From a virus, in the IMG/VR virus record IMGVR_UViG_3300029448_000015, positions 8,477-72,476 of that record: a stretch of 64,000 bases of DNA; one strand, 5' to 3'. This document shows, one piece after another, positions 18,928-29,032 of this stretch (position 1 is its first letter; each line of letters begins with the position of its first letter). The notes beneath the pieces were generated by a model that saw nothing but the letters and a program-made list of their open reading frames with translations, did not search any database and had not been told where the DNA came from. The position numbers and the translations under genes were made by a program.

Positions 18928-19749
18928 ATGGCTAGATTCATAGACGATAATATTGCAGAGCGTCCTGAACAAGAGGAACTAACTTTAAATTCTCCAGAAG
19001 AAAACACTGAACCTGTAGATATAGCGCAGCAAATTCAGCAAGATAGTGAAGAACAGCCCACTGAGCTAGGACTTCCTGATAAATACCAAGATAAATCGGT
19101 ACAGGATTTAGTTCAGATGCACCAAGAAGCTGAAAAGCTTTTAGGTAGACAAAGTTCTGAAGTAGGAGAATTAAGAAAAGTAGTTGATACTTATATTCAG
19201 ACACAACTCTCAGAACAACAGAAAGCACCAGAAACCACTCCTGTTGAAGAAGAGATTGATTATTTTTCTGATCCAGAGAAAGCAGTAAATAAAGCTATTG
19301 AGAATCATCCTAAGATTCGAGAAGCAGAGGAATTAAGCCAACAGTACAAAAAAACAAATGCTTTGGCTACATTATCTCAAAAACATCCTGATATGGAGAA
19401 TATCCTAAAGGATGATGGCTTTGCGAAATGGATTAAAGATTCTAGTATTCGTACTAAGCTTTATGTACAAGCAGACAAGCAGTTTGATTATGAAGCTGCT
19501 GATGAGCTTTTCTCGCTTTGGAAAGATAGGAAACAAGTAGTTGCTCAGACTGTTCAGAATGAAAAGAACACTAGGAAGCAAGCATTAAAGACTGCTTCTA
19601 CTGGTTCAGTTTCTGGAAGTTCAGAGAAACCTACGAGAAAAATCTATCGAAGACAGGATATTATTGATCTAATGAAAAATGATCCTGACCGATATATGGC
19701 TTTATCAGATGAAATCTTAACGGCATATGCGGAAAAAAGGGTCAAGTAA
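18928..19749 (+). CDS. Capsid scaffolding protein, set A
   Basis: Acidic coiled-coil protein just before the capsid gene; ends EILTAYAEKRVK. Confidence 0.75.
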   Translation: MARFIDDNIAERPEQEELTLNSPEENTEPVDIAQQIQQDSEEQPTELGLPDKYQDKSVQDLVQMHQEAEKLLGRQSSEVGELRKVVDTYIQTQLSEQQKAPETTPVEEEIDYFSDPEKAVNKAIENHPKIREAEELSQQYKKTNALATLSQKHPDMENILKDDGFAKWIKDSSIRTKLYVQADKQFDYEAADELFSLWKDRKQVVAQTVQNEKNTRKQALKTASTGSVSGSSEKPTRKIYRRQDIIDLMKNDPDRYMALSDEILTAYAEKRVK

Positions 19750-19772
19750 CCAGTTATAGGAGAAATTAACTA

Positions 19773-20726
19773 ATGGCTACTTCAACTTATCCTGCTACTG
19801 GCGGGTTCGTCGGTAATACAGATGCTGCTACTTTTATCCCTGAAATTTGGAGTGATGAAGTTGTAGCTGCATATCAAGCTAATCTTGTTCTTGCAAATCT
19901 TGTTAAAAAGATTTCAATGCAGGGCAAGAAAGGTGACACTCTTCATATACCAAAACCTGTTCGTGGTTCAGCTAATGCTAAAGCTGAGAACACAGCAGTT
20001 ACAGTACAAAATGCTACTGAAGGTGAAGTACAAGTTTCAGTAAATAAGCACTTTGAATACTCTCGTATTATTGAAGACATTACTGAAGCTCAAGCTTTGT
20101 CTTCCCTCCGTCAATTCTACACTGGTGATGCTGGCTATGCTTTGGCAAAACAAGTAGACACTGATATTTTTGCTTTAGGCAAAGACTTAGGTGACAGCGA
20201 TGGAGCAGACTACGTACACTCCGCTTCTTTTTACATTGACGCTTCCAGTGGTTTGTCTGCTTATGCAGTAGATACTGTAGCGGCTGCTGATGTATTCACA
20301 GATGCAGGGTTTCGTGCTTTGATTCAAAAGATGGATGATGCTGATGTCCCTATGGACAACAGAGCGTTTGTCGTTCCTCCCTCATTACGTAATGCTATCA
20401 TGGGCATTGATCGTTACGTATCTTCCGACTTTGTAGATAACAGAGGTGTTGATAGCGGTAAAATCGGTAATCTTTATGGTATCGATATTTACGTATCTAC
20501 TAATGTACCGATTATCGAAACTGCGTCTGCTAACAGTGCTGGCGGTGACGTTAAAGGTGCAATGTTAATCCACAAAGATACTTTTGTTCTTGCAGAGCAA
20601 CAGGGCATACGCTCTCAAACTCAGTACAAGCAAGAGTGGCTTGGAACTTTGTATACTGCGGATATGTTGTATGGCGTTAAAGTCTTACGAACAGACGCAG
20701 GTTTTGTTTTGGCTGTTAACGGCTAA
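19773..20726 (+). CDS. Major capsid protein, set A
   Basis: FIPEIWS..., GDTLHIP, DMLYGVKVLR; AGGAG SD; position after scaffold. Confidence 0.9.
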   Translation: MATSTYPATGGFVGNTDAATFIPEIWSDEVVAAYQANLVLANLVKKISMQGKKGDTLHIPKPVRGSANAKAENTAVTVQNATEGEVQVSVNKHFEYSRIIEDITEAQALSSLRQFYTGDAGYALAKQVDTDIFALGKDLGDSDGADYVHSASFYIDASSGLSAYAVDTVAAADVFTDAGFRALIQKMDDADVPMDNRAFVVPPSLRNAIMGIDRYVSSDFVDNRGVDSGKIGNLYGIDIYVSTNVPIIETASANSAGGDVKGAMLIHKDTFVLAEQQGIRSQTQYKQEWLGTLYTADMLYGVKVLRTDAGFVLAVNG

Positions 20727-20729
20727 GAC

Positions 20730-20792
20730 TTTCTCTTTATAGAGATTAAGTGTGGAGAGAATTTTTATGGTTCTCTCTGCACTACTCTATAA
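20730..20792 (+). terminator. Stem-loop after capsid gene A (terminator or attenuator)
   Basis: gtgtggagagaa / ttctctctgcac stem; weak U tail. Confidence 0.4.
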
Positions 20793-20822
20793 ATAATAAT
20801 CTGATAGTTTTAGGATGTTTTA

Positions 20823-22229
20823 ATGCCTACTCAAATTATTACTAAAAACTCTAGTACAGGTTCCTCCGTACCTTCTGCCTCTGATCTAGTTCAGGGAGAA
20901 CTTGCAGTTAATGTTACTGACAAGAGATTATTTACAGAAAATTCTAGTGGAGCAGTTGTAGAGTTAGCGACTAATCCTTCTACCTTAACAATAGGTTCTG
21001 TTTCCGTAACCGCTATTCTTGATGAAGATAATTTTGCTAGTAATTCAGCAACATCATTAGCTACCCAACAATCTATAAAAGCTTATGTAGACAGCACTGG
21101 TTCTGGAACAATGACTAGCTGGATACTAGAAGATGGAGATGGTACTGAAGTATCAGTTTCAAATGCTAAAGAAGTTAAGTTTGTTGAAGGTGGCGGTTTA
21201 GACATTAATTGGACTGATACTGATAATGGCACAGACGGAGATCCCTACGATTTAACTTTTACTGTCAATGCTGCTCAAACTGGAATTACAAGTCTTCTTG
21301 CTACGGATATAAAAATCGGTGAAGACGATCAAACTAAGATTGACTTTGAAACAGCAGACACAATTAATTTTTATGCAGGAAATACAAAACAACTTTCTTT
21401 GACTGATGGTGCTTTAAACATTATGGCACAGGGGGATCTAAGGTTAGAAGATTCCAGTGGCGGTGAATACGTCGCTCTGCAAGCCCCATCAAGTTTAAGC
21501 TCGTCATATACCTTAACGCTGCCAGCAGATGATGGGGCGAGTTCTCAAATTCTTAGCACTGACGGCTCTGGGGTCTTATCGTGGGCTAGTGTGTCCACCG
21601 CAGGATTAACAGACGGTTCTGTCACTACAGCAAAACTAGCTGATGACGCAGTTACTTCTGCAAAACTCGCTCATGCTTTAGACATTACTACTTCTGTATC
21701 TGTTGGAGGAAGTTCTGACGGTGTAGCAATTAGTCAAGGCGCAATAGCTCTAAAGAATGGTGGCGCTCAGTCCCGTATAGATTTTTATTGTGAAAGCAGT
21801 AATGCTCACTATACAAGAGTACAAGCGGCTGCTCATAGTGCCTACTCAGGAAATATAACCCTAACTTTGCCAGCTTCAACGGGTACGTCTGGACAAGCAA
21901 TGGTTACAGATGGATCAGGAAATCTTAGTTTTGCTACAGTAGAAGGAGCGTATAGTGCGTGGGCTATTAAAGCTGCAAGCGATCATCCTTATACCGCATC
22001 TCACAAAGATCAATTAATTATTAACAGTGCTTCTGCATTTACAGTGACACTACCAGCAGGATCATCAGGAAACACAGTCATTATATGTAATGCTGGGGCT
22101 GGGGCTGTAACAATAGGAAGAAACGGTAGTGAAAAAATAAATTCAGCAGCAGAAGACGGTTCATTACCACAGGGTAATTCAGTTCAACTTGTTTATGTCG
22201 ATGGTACTATCGGCTGGTTTGAGATTTAG
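20823..22229 (+). CDS. Tail fibre protein (mosaic)
   Basis: N-terminal LVQGELAVNVTDKRLF domain, ILDEDNFASNSATSLATQQSIKAYVD, two TLTLPA..G..GQ..TDGSG.LS modules, VTTAKLADDAVT repeat. Confidence 0.8.
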   Translation: MPTQIITKNSSTGSSVPSASDLVQGELAVNVTDKRLFTENSSGAVVELATNPSTLTIGSVSVTAILDEDNFASNSATSLATQQSIKAYVDSTGSGTMTSWILEDGDGTEVSVSNAKEVKFVEGGGLDINWTDTDNGTDGDPYDLTFTVNAAQTGITSLLATDIKIGEDDQTKIDFETADTINFYAGNTKQLSLTDGALNIMAQGDLRLEDSSGGEYVALQAPSSLSSSYTLTLPADDGASSQILSTDGSGVLSWASVSTAGLTDGSVTTAKLADDAVTSAKLAHALDITTSVSVGGSSDGVAISQGAIALKNGGAQSRIDFYCESSNAHYTRVQAAAHSAYSGNITLTLPASTGTSGQAMVTDGSGNLSFATVEGAYSAWAIKAASDHPYTASHKDQLIINSASAFTVTLPAGSSGNTVIICNAGAGAVTIGRNGSEKINSAAEDGSLPQGNSVQLVYVDGTIGWFEI

Positions 22230-22238
22230 GAGAAGAGT

Positions 22239-24212
22239 ATGGCAGTTTTAGGTGGTGGTGGTGGAGCAGGTGATACCTACACAGCTTCAACAGCAGTAGC
22301 AGACATTCCTGTAGAAAGCGGTAAAAGTTATGCTTTATCGTCAGATGGCAAACTTGTCCCCTCTGATTTAATAGTTACAAAAAGACAAGCACTAACTGTT
22401 CCTGCAAGCAATGTTTATGGTGGTTCGGGCTATGCCTATGCTTTTAACGTATATGGCGACATGGTTACTCCAGATGGAAAAGCAACTTTTCACTTTATTG
22501 GTGATAACGGTAACGGTAATTACGGCATATTTTATATTTCTTTAGATAGAGGACTCACCAGCAATGGCCCTGTAATGGATTCTACTACAGGAAATCCATT
22601 TGATAGAAGTATCGGATGGGGTGGTAGTACGGGTGCTAGGATGTATATGAGATTGCTTGGTGAAGATGATACTTATTACTATTATACTTTGTTCTGTGAT
22701 TTTTATGAAGCTTCAACGTCTTCTACTAACTATAGTGTTGGTAGAGGTATTATGGTTAAAAAAGCTGACTATACCTTTAATACTACTGGAACAGATGATG
22801 TAGCAGGTGCTCAATCTCCTATATGGCGAACAAGAACTGCAACTAATGTAAGCAACTATCAACACGATCACGACTATTCAAGACAAAGTAAACAATTCTT
22901 TTTTACCTGTAGAAATAAAGATATTTTTGTTTGGACAGAAGGGCTTAATTCAGTGTCTGAATATGGATTCGTTTTAAATGCGGTAGACACTTATAGATCA
23001 AGTGATAGTACATATTGGGGTGGAACAAGCATGGGGCTTCCAAAAACCTCTGGTGTTGAACAGTCAAATAATACTCATAGAGATAACGTAACAGCACAAC
23101 AACATCTGCCTTTATTTAAAGTAGATGATGCCAATGGTATATTTATAGCTCAGTATTATGCTGCCAGTGGAAGCAATAGTGGTCAGCATGTATTTTTAAA
23201 GTACACCATAGCTGCTGACCATACAATTACAACATCCTCTGAAGTCCTTATAGGAGGAACTGATCCTGCTCAAGGTCAAGCAGGAAACGGACATTGGATA
23301 GCAACTTCAAATCCTTTAATTTACTACTACCTTTACCATGATAGTGGGTCTTCTTTGTATTATACCCCATGTACTTGGAACTCAGATTGGACTACTGCTA
23401 CATGGGGAACACAGGTTCAACTTACTCTGCCAATAGCAATGACTGATGGTTATGGAACGAGTAATTGGGCTAACGATTACGATGATATATTGATGGGTGT
23501 AAAACACAGCGTTCCTGAAAAAGAACTCTTTTTTATGACAGGTAATAGTGGTCACACAGATAGATCAGCACTTGCTCTTTCTTTTCCTGCTTCAGGTACT
23601 CCCTCAGTTTTAGGTACAGTTGCTCTTAATAAAGTACTTGATCATTCTTCTGCTGATTATAATGCTATGCACATGCAGTCTATGAACAATGGCACTATGT
23701 TTTCAGTTCAAGCTCAGGGAGGAACTCATGAAACCTATGGGTATGCTATTCATTACACAGATTACTGGAATCCTAACTTTAAAAAAACTACGTCTAAACC
23801 TGCCATTGCAAGAGCAGACGGAGACATAGGAGATACAGTAAATATTGATTTAAAGACAGGGGATACTGCTACTGCTACTTTATCTAGTAATTTTTATCTA
23901 ACGAAAGAAAATATGTCTTATCCTCTGGATTCTGGAGATACATCCCCAGACCAGCCTAGTGTTATTAAATCTATTCAACGTGGTATAGCTTATCTTGATA
24001 ACAATACTCAAGTTGGATACGCAGGAGCAAACATAACAATATCGCCAGTTAATACAAGTAAAGCTTTTCTTAATGTAAGTATGGGGCCAACATATAATAA
24101 TGTTACTTCTATAGGAAGAGGGTTTTTATCTGGTTCTAATACAATTACATTTAATTTAGTTGCAGATAATACTGCTGCTTACTGGAACTGGGAGGTAATT
24201 GAGTATGTCTAG
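22239..24212 (+). CDS. Putative receptor-binding / tail-fibre-associated protein
   Basis: G/S/T/Y-rich 657 aa after the fibre gene; ends VIKSIQRG...WEVIEY. Confidence 0.6.
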   Translation: MAVLGGGGGAGDTYTASTAVADIPVESGKSYALSSDGKLVPSDLIVTKRQALTVPASNVYGGSGYAYAFNVYGDMVTPDGKATFHFIGDNGNGNYGIFYISLDRGLTSNGPVMDSTTGNPFDRSIGWGGSTGARMYMRLLGEDDTYYYYTLFCDFYEASTSSTNYSVGRGIMVKKADYTFNTTGTDDVAGAQSPIWRTRTATNVSNYQHDHDYSRQSKQFFFTCRNKDIFVWTEGLNSVSEYGFVLNAVDTYRSSDSTYWGGTSMGLPKTSGVEQSNNTHRDNVTAQQHLPLFKVDDANGIFIAQYYAASGSNSGQHVFLKYTIAADHTITTSSEVLIGGTDPAQGQAGNGHWIATSNPLIYYYLYHDSGSSLYYTPCTWNSDWTTATWGTQVQLTLPIAMTDGYGTSNWANDYDDILMGVKHSVPEKELFFMTGNSGHTDRSALALSFPASGTPSVLGTVALNKVLDHSSADYNAMHMQSMNNGTMFSVQAQGGTHETYGYAIHYTDYWNPNFKKTTSKPAIARADGDIGDTVNIDLKTGDTATATLSSNFYLTKENMSYPLDSGDTSPDQPSVIKSIQRGIAYLDNNTQVGYAGANITISPVNTSKAFLNVSMGPTYNNVTSIGRGFLSGSNTITFNLVADNTAAYWNWEVIEYV

Positions 24213-24432
24213 TTATACAATGGTTGTTAAAAACATGGAGTATGAAATAGGTGAAGGCGAAGATAAAGTTAAAAAAACCTATCCAACTGTTGTTGAAGTA
24301 AAAGATACAGTTAGTAATTTAAGCAGTCAAAGTGAACATTATGCACTTGACAGTTATGACATTACACTAGTTTCTAAAATCTATATAGATGGTAAATTTT
24401 ACGATACAGCAGCAGACGTTCCAACGGAGTAA
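24199..24432 (+). CDS. Small fibre-associated protein
   Basis: GGAGG SD; coupled to the previous gene. Confidence 0.55.
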   Translation: MSMSSYTMVVKNMEYEIGEGEDKVKKTYPTVVEVKDTVSNLSSQSEHYALDSYDITLVSKIYIDGKFYDTAADVPTE

Positions 24433-24435
24433 TTA

Positions 24436-24471
24436 ATGCTGGCAGAAGTAGCAACCTGTATTGAAGACTGA
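24436..24471 (+). pseudogene. 11-codon remnant of a homologue of 37303-37758
   Basis: MLAEVATCIED* versus MIAEVAACISL; 24 of the first 27 nt match. Confidence 0.6.
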
Positions 24472-24474
24472 CTA

Positions 24475-24666
24475 ATGAAAGTTGCTAATACACCTATGCA
24501 AATTAACTGGAAGCAAGTTGCTATACAAAAGCAACAAAGGCTTGAGACAGGAGGTAAAGGAGAAACATTGAAGCAAATGTCTGATATTCAAATAGATGTT
24601 TATAGTAAGCAAGCTAAAAAGATAGAAGTGCATAGTATGCCTTCTTCTGTTAATTATTCTGTTTAA
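24475..24666 (+). CDS. Hypothetical protein
   Basis: ORF track, operon context. Confidence 0.55.
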   Translation: MKVANTPMQINWKQVAIQKQQRLETGGKGETLKQMSDIQIDVYSKQAKKIEVHSMPSSVNYSV

Positions 24667-24679
24667 AGGTAGCTATTAA

Positions 24680-24955
24680 ATGTATACACAATTAGTTATA
24701 GATTTTTTTAAAAAAGTTTTAGAAACTATAAAATCTTGGATTCTATTAGCTTGGAAAACTGTAAGTTCTGCTGAGTTTTGGATAGTTCCTCCTAAAGATA
24801 TAGAAGTTTGTACTACTCCTTTAGAAGTAATTGCAGATAAAGGAATAGAGCCTGAAACAGGTGAATTATATATAGATCCTAAAACTAATGCTCCTTATAT
24901 AGATCCTATGACTAATAAACCTTATCCAGAGATTAATTTAAATGGAAAAGATTGA
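24680..24955 (+). CDS. Hypothetical protein with short YIDP.T repeats
   Basis: IEPETGEL-YIDPKTNAP-YIDPMTNKP. Confidence 0.55.
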   Translation: MYTQLVIDFFKKVLETIKSWILLAWKTVSSAEFWIVPPKDIEVCTTPLEVIADKGIEPETGELYIDPKTNAPYIDPMTNKPYPEINLNGKD

Positions 24956-25166
24956 AGCTTTAGAAGTGGCCTTAGAAGCCCTTGAAAAAATCGCTAAACA
25001 TGAAAAAGAGTGTGGCGAAAGATGGGCAGAGGCTTTAACAGAATTAAAAAATTTAAAAGTAGCTACTGACAATCATGCACAAAGATGGGAAAAAGTAGCA
25101 TGGCTTGTTATAGGTACAGTTATTACTACTGGTGCTGCTGCATCAGTTACATTATTAAGTATTTAA
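24942..25166 (+). CDS. Coiled-coil protein with a C-terminal transmembrane segment
   Basis: HEKECGERW...VAWLVIGTVITTGAAASVTLL. Confidence 0.6.
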   Translation: MEKIEALEVALEALEKIAKHEKECGERWAEALTELKNLKVATDNHAQRWEKVAWLVIGTVITTGAAASVTLLSI

Positions 25167-25178
25167 ACGGAGTAAATT

Positions 25179-25448
25179 ATGCAACCTAGTAATCCTAATA
25201 CACCTAGTTCTATTTCAAATAAATTATCTGGTGGAGTTAACGATATTTATTTATCAGAAAATTCTAAAGTTTCTGGAGGAAACAGTAATATATATCTTAC
25301 AGATGGGCAACAAGTTCCCGGTGGGGCTAACGATATTTATATTACTGAAAATATTAAAATAGCAGGAGGAGCTAACGATATTTATCTTTCTGATAATCAA
25401 GCTACTCCTCGTTCAGGTATTTATTTACAAGATAATAAACCTGTATAA
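25179..25448 (+). CDS. 89-aa protein built from 15-residue GGxNDIYL repeats
   Basis: Four full repeats and one partial; GGAG SD. Confidence 0.6.
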   Translation: MQPSNPNTPSSISNKLSGGVNDIYLSENSKVSGGNSNIYLTDGQQVPGGANDIYITENIKIAGGANDIYLSDNQATPRSGIYLQDNKPV

Positions 25449-25465
25449 GTAAAAAGGTTAAAGTT

Positions 25466-28400
25466 ATGGCTAGAAAGTCTGCAAAAAATAAAAAAGCTTT
25501 AAAAAGAAAAAATGAAGCTATGAAGCGTAGTCGTGTTTTAAGACAGGATTATACTGTGGGTGGCAGAGTAAAAGCCTTTAATGGTCTTCCAGATGGTGTT
25601 CAGGAAGCTATAGATGCTGCACGGAAAGCAGAAGAGGAAGCAAGAAGAAAAGCTTCTGTAGATCAAGATAAGTCACCTCAAGAAGCACAACAAGCTCAAG
25701 TGCAACCTATTTCTACCCCCACAGCAACTCCTGTTACACGCCAAGTACAAGAAGATATTACACCTACTCCTTTTACGCAAAGAGTAGTTCCTGTTCGTAG
25801 AAAGCCTACTATTGTTTCAGATCCTAGAAAAGAGTTTATTCCTGATGAAACAATTATAAATCCAAGAACAGGACAAAGTGTAACGCCTCCTCCAATTACT
25901 ACTAGACGTACTACTACACCTACTACATCTACTACATCTACTACAGAAGATTCTGATACTACAACAGTAAAAAAAGATGAACAAACAATATTACCAGTAG
26001 AACCTGACGATTATGGTTCTAGATATGATGGTAAACAATATTCGGAAGGTGACTACGATATTATTAGGCGTGGTGGTGGAGATAAAAATTCTGATAATTT
26101 TATTACAGAAGAAGAGTGGGCTACGTGGATGCTTAATAAAGGCCCAACTCCCGGTTTTGAAGAAGGATGGACAAATAAATTAAAAGAAGTTGCTGCACAA
26201 GGAGATTTAAGACCTTCAACTGTTACAGCTATTTATGAAAAATTAGGTATTGCTAATGAAGATAGACCATTAATAGATTTCAGTGGGCCTTACCCTGTTA
26301 CTGCATTAACTAGAAAAGATTTTAATTCTGACTCAGCTTTTGGTACTTATAAAGACGAGTATGATAAAACTGTAAAAGTTTGGGAAAATATGACTCCTTT
26401 AAGGAGAACTCAATATTTTTCATCTTTAGGCCCACCTGACAGAGATAAACTTGATGTAACTTTAGAAGGTAGAAAAGTAGTTGGTGATCCTGCTAAAGAC
26501 GTTTTAAAAAGAATAAAAGATGATTTACCTAAAGTAGATGATCCTGAAGCTATTGATACAACAAAAACTGATTTAGATACAGATAAAAGTACATTAACTT
26601 CTGATGAACAAATTCAAAAAATAAGTGCTCCTGTTGATGTAGGCACACGAACAATAAGTCCCGGTAGTATTGATGTTACTACTGCAGAAGTTAGTCAAGC
26701 AAGTGATCCTACAATAGATGCTATTTCTAAATTAAATATTGATAGAAGTACAACTAGTAAAACTCCTTTTGCTACAACTGAATTTGAAAGAGAAGCTGAA
26801 GCTATCAGAGGTGATTTATCAGAACGTGCTTCTCCTGCTGAAATAGATGCTATTAGAGAAGAATTATCTAAAGGTCAAAGAGTAGTTTTTAGAGGAGAAC
26901 CTGTTGTTGTAGATCCTGTTACAGGCAACCCTGTTGTAATGTCTCCTGTAACTGCAGCAGAAAAACAAAGAAGAGAAGCAATTTTAGATGAAACTCCTGC
27001 TGAAGGGGAAGAAGCTATTATAGTAAATAACTTAGGTTATGAAGCTTCTCAAAGAAGAGAGTTAACAGGTGAAGCTGCTAAAGGTGATGCAGTTTCTTTT
27101 ATAGAAGATATTTCATCTAGAGGTGATGTTTCTGCTATTCCTTCAAGAATAGTAGAGACTATTCTAGACAATCCTGCTCAAGTAACTGCTCAAATAGATC
27201 AAAATCCTGTAGAAGTACAAGCAGCTATAGCAGCTTTACCCGAAGAAGCTTTAGTATCTGCACAACTTGAAAATCTTTTAGCAGGAATTGATGAAGGTGT
27301 TACTCCTGCATGGGCTAGACCTGCTGTTCAATTAGTAGAATCTAGGATGAGTGCTAGAGGTTTAAGTGTTTCTACAGTAGGAAGAGATGCATTATTTAAT
27401 GCTATTATTCAAACAGCTTTACCTATAGCTCAAAGTAATGCAACAGCTTTACAACAAAGAGCTACTCAAAATTTATCTAATGAGCAGCAAGCTAATATAC
27501 AGCAAGCTTCTCAAGATATGCAATTAAGACTTACTAATTTAGGTAATAGACAAGCATCGGGATCTCAAACTGCTCAGTTAGCACAACAAATAAATTTAGC
27601 TCAAGGTGACATTACTAAACAAACTGTTTTAACTGAAGCTCAACAAACACAACAATTAAGATTACAAAGTCTTCAAAATGAGCAACAAGCAGCTATAGCT
27701 AATTTAGGTAATGATCAACAAATAGAAGTAGCTAATTTACAAGTAGAGGCAGCTAGACTTGGAGCTAACCAAAGTGCAGTAAATCAAGAAAGACTTGCTG
27801 AAATGCAAGTAGCTGCTAATTTCTTACAAAAGAATGGTGAGTTTGCTCAACAAATGGAAGTAGCTAACTTATCTAACGATCAACAAATGAGGTTAGCTTT
27901 TCTTACATCTAAGAATCAAGCGGAGTCTCAGAACCTTACTGCTGCACAACAAACAGAATTAGCAAATCTTAATAGTCGTTTAGAGTTAAATAAAATAAAT
28001 TCAAATTTAGCTCAACAGATGGGATTAGCTCAGTTAAATGTTGATCAACAACAAGCAATGCAGAATGCTTCTGTAGTAGCTAATATGGACTTATCGGAGT
28101 TCAATGCTGAACAACAAATGGAAATAGCTAATAGTAAGTTTATGCAGACTATATCTTTGCAAGATTTTTCTCAAAGACAACAATCTACTATGCAAAATGC
28201 AACAACATTAGCTTCTATGGATTTACAAGTTGCAGATGCATTAACTAAAGTAAGTATTGAAAATGCTAGAAACTTTTTACAAGTAGATATGGCTAATTTA
28301 AATACTGAACAACAAGCTTATATATTAGATTCTCAACAATCACAGCAAGTAATGTTAAGTAATACGGCTGCTGAAAATGCTGCAAGACAATTTAATGCTA

Positions 28401-29029
28401 CTAGTGATAATCAAAGAGATCAATTCATGACTAGTTTAGGAGCACAACTAGAACAATTTAATACTAGTCAAAATAATGCTATGTCACAATTTAATGCTAC
28501 TGAAGCTAATCGTTTAGCTGCAATTGATGCCGGGAATATTTTGGATGCTTCAAAAGCTGAAGCAAGTTTGAATAGCCAAATAGATCAATTTAATACTCAA
28601 ATGGATTTACAAAGAGATCAATGGAATGCTCAGAATGAGCAAGCTGTTATTCAATCTAATATAAACTGGAGAAGACAACTTAACTTAGCTGAAACTGCTG
28701 CTGAGAATGGTGCGAATCAACAAGCAGCTAATCAAACTTTTCAATTAAGTGCTGCTGAACAATCTTTTGTATGGCAAACTTTAAGAGATGAAGCTACTTA
28801 TCTAAGACAACAATATGAGTCTGAAGAAACTAGAAAAACTAATTTATATGCTACTGCTCTTAGCAATGAGTCAGATAAAGCTATAAACGCTCAAAATAGT
28901 ACATTTAGTAGAATTGATAATTTAATAGGTGTTAGTGGTTCAAATACAAGCCCTAGATCAAATTATAGTCCTGCTATTGATACTATGAGCAATGAAGATT
29001 TAGAAAGAATAAAACAATTTACAGGATAA
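25466..29029 (+). CDS. Large Gln/Asn/Ala-rich virion (probable ejection) protein, set B
   Basis: 1187 aa with long ANLxNxQQ-type repeats; first of five coupled large ORFs. Confidence 0.6.
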   Translation: MARKSAKNKKALKRKNEAMKRSRVLRQDYTVGGRVKAFNGLPDGVQEAIDAARKAEEEARRKASVDQDKSPQEAQQAQVQPISTPTATPVTRQVQEDITPTPFTQRVVPVRRKPTIVSDPRKEFIPDETIINPRTGQSVTPPPITTRRTTTPTTSTTSTTEDSDTTTVKKDEQTILPVEPDDYGSRYDGKQYSEGDYDIIRRGGGDKNSDNFITEEEWATWMLNKGPTPGFEEGWTNKLKEVAAQGDLRPSTVTAIYEKLGIANEDRPLIDFSGPYPVTALTRKDFNSDSAFGTYKDEYDKTVKVWENMTPLRRTQYFSSLGPPDRDKLDVTLEGRKVVGDPAKDVLKRIKDDLPKVDDPEAIDTTKTDLDTDKSTLTSDEQIQKISAPVDVGTRTISPGSIDVTTAEVSQASDPTIDAISKLNIDRSTTSKTPFATTEFEREAEAIRGDLSERASPAEIDAIREELSKGQRVVFRGEPVVVDPVTGNPVVMSPVTAAEKQRREAILDETPAEGEEAIIVNNLGYEASQRRELTGEAAKGDAVSFIEDISSRGDVSAIPSRIVETILDNPAQVTAQIDQNPVEVQAAIAALPEEALVSAQLENLLAGIDEGVTPAWARPAVQLVESRMSARGLSVSTVGRDALFNAIIQTALPIAQSNATALQQRATQNLSNEQQANIQQASQDMQLRLTNLGNRQASGSQTAQLAQQINLAQGDITKQTVLTEAQQTQQLRLQSLQNEQQAAIANLGNDQQIEVANLQVEAARLGANQSAVNQERLAEMQVAANFLQKNGEFAQQMEVANLSNDQQMRLAFLTSKNQAESQNLTAAQQTELANLNSRLELNKINSNLAQQMGLAQLNVDQQQAMQNASVVANMDLSEFNAEQQMEIANSKFMQTISLQDFSQRQQSTMQNATTLASMDLQVADALTKVSIENARNFLQVDMANLNTEQQAYILDSQQSQQVMLSNTAAENAARQFNATSDNQRDQFMTSLGAQLEQFNTSQNNAMSQFNATEANRLAAIDAGNILDASKAEASLNSQIDQFNTQMDLQRDQWNAQNEQAVIQSNINWRRQLNLAETAAENGANQQAANQTFQLSAAEQSFVWQTLRDEATYLRQQYESEETRKTNLYATALSNESDKAINAQNSTFSRIDNLIGVSGSNTSPRSNYSPAIDTMSNEDLERIKQFTG

Positions 29030-29032
29030 TGT

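Noticed and set aside
20823-24432. Diversity-generating retroelement or invertible fibre cassette
   Set aside because: No reverse transcriptase, TR/VR pair or invertase seen.
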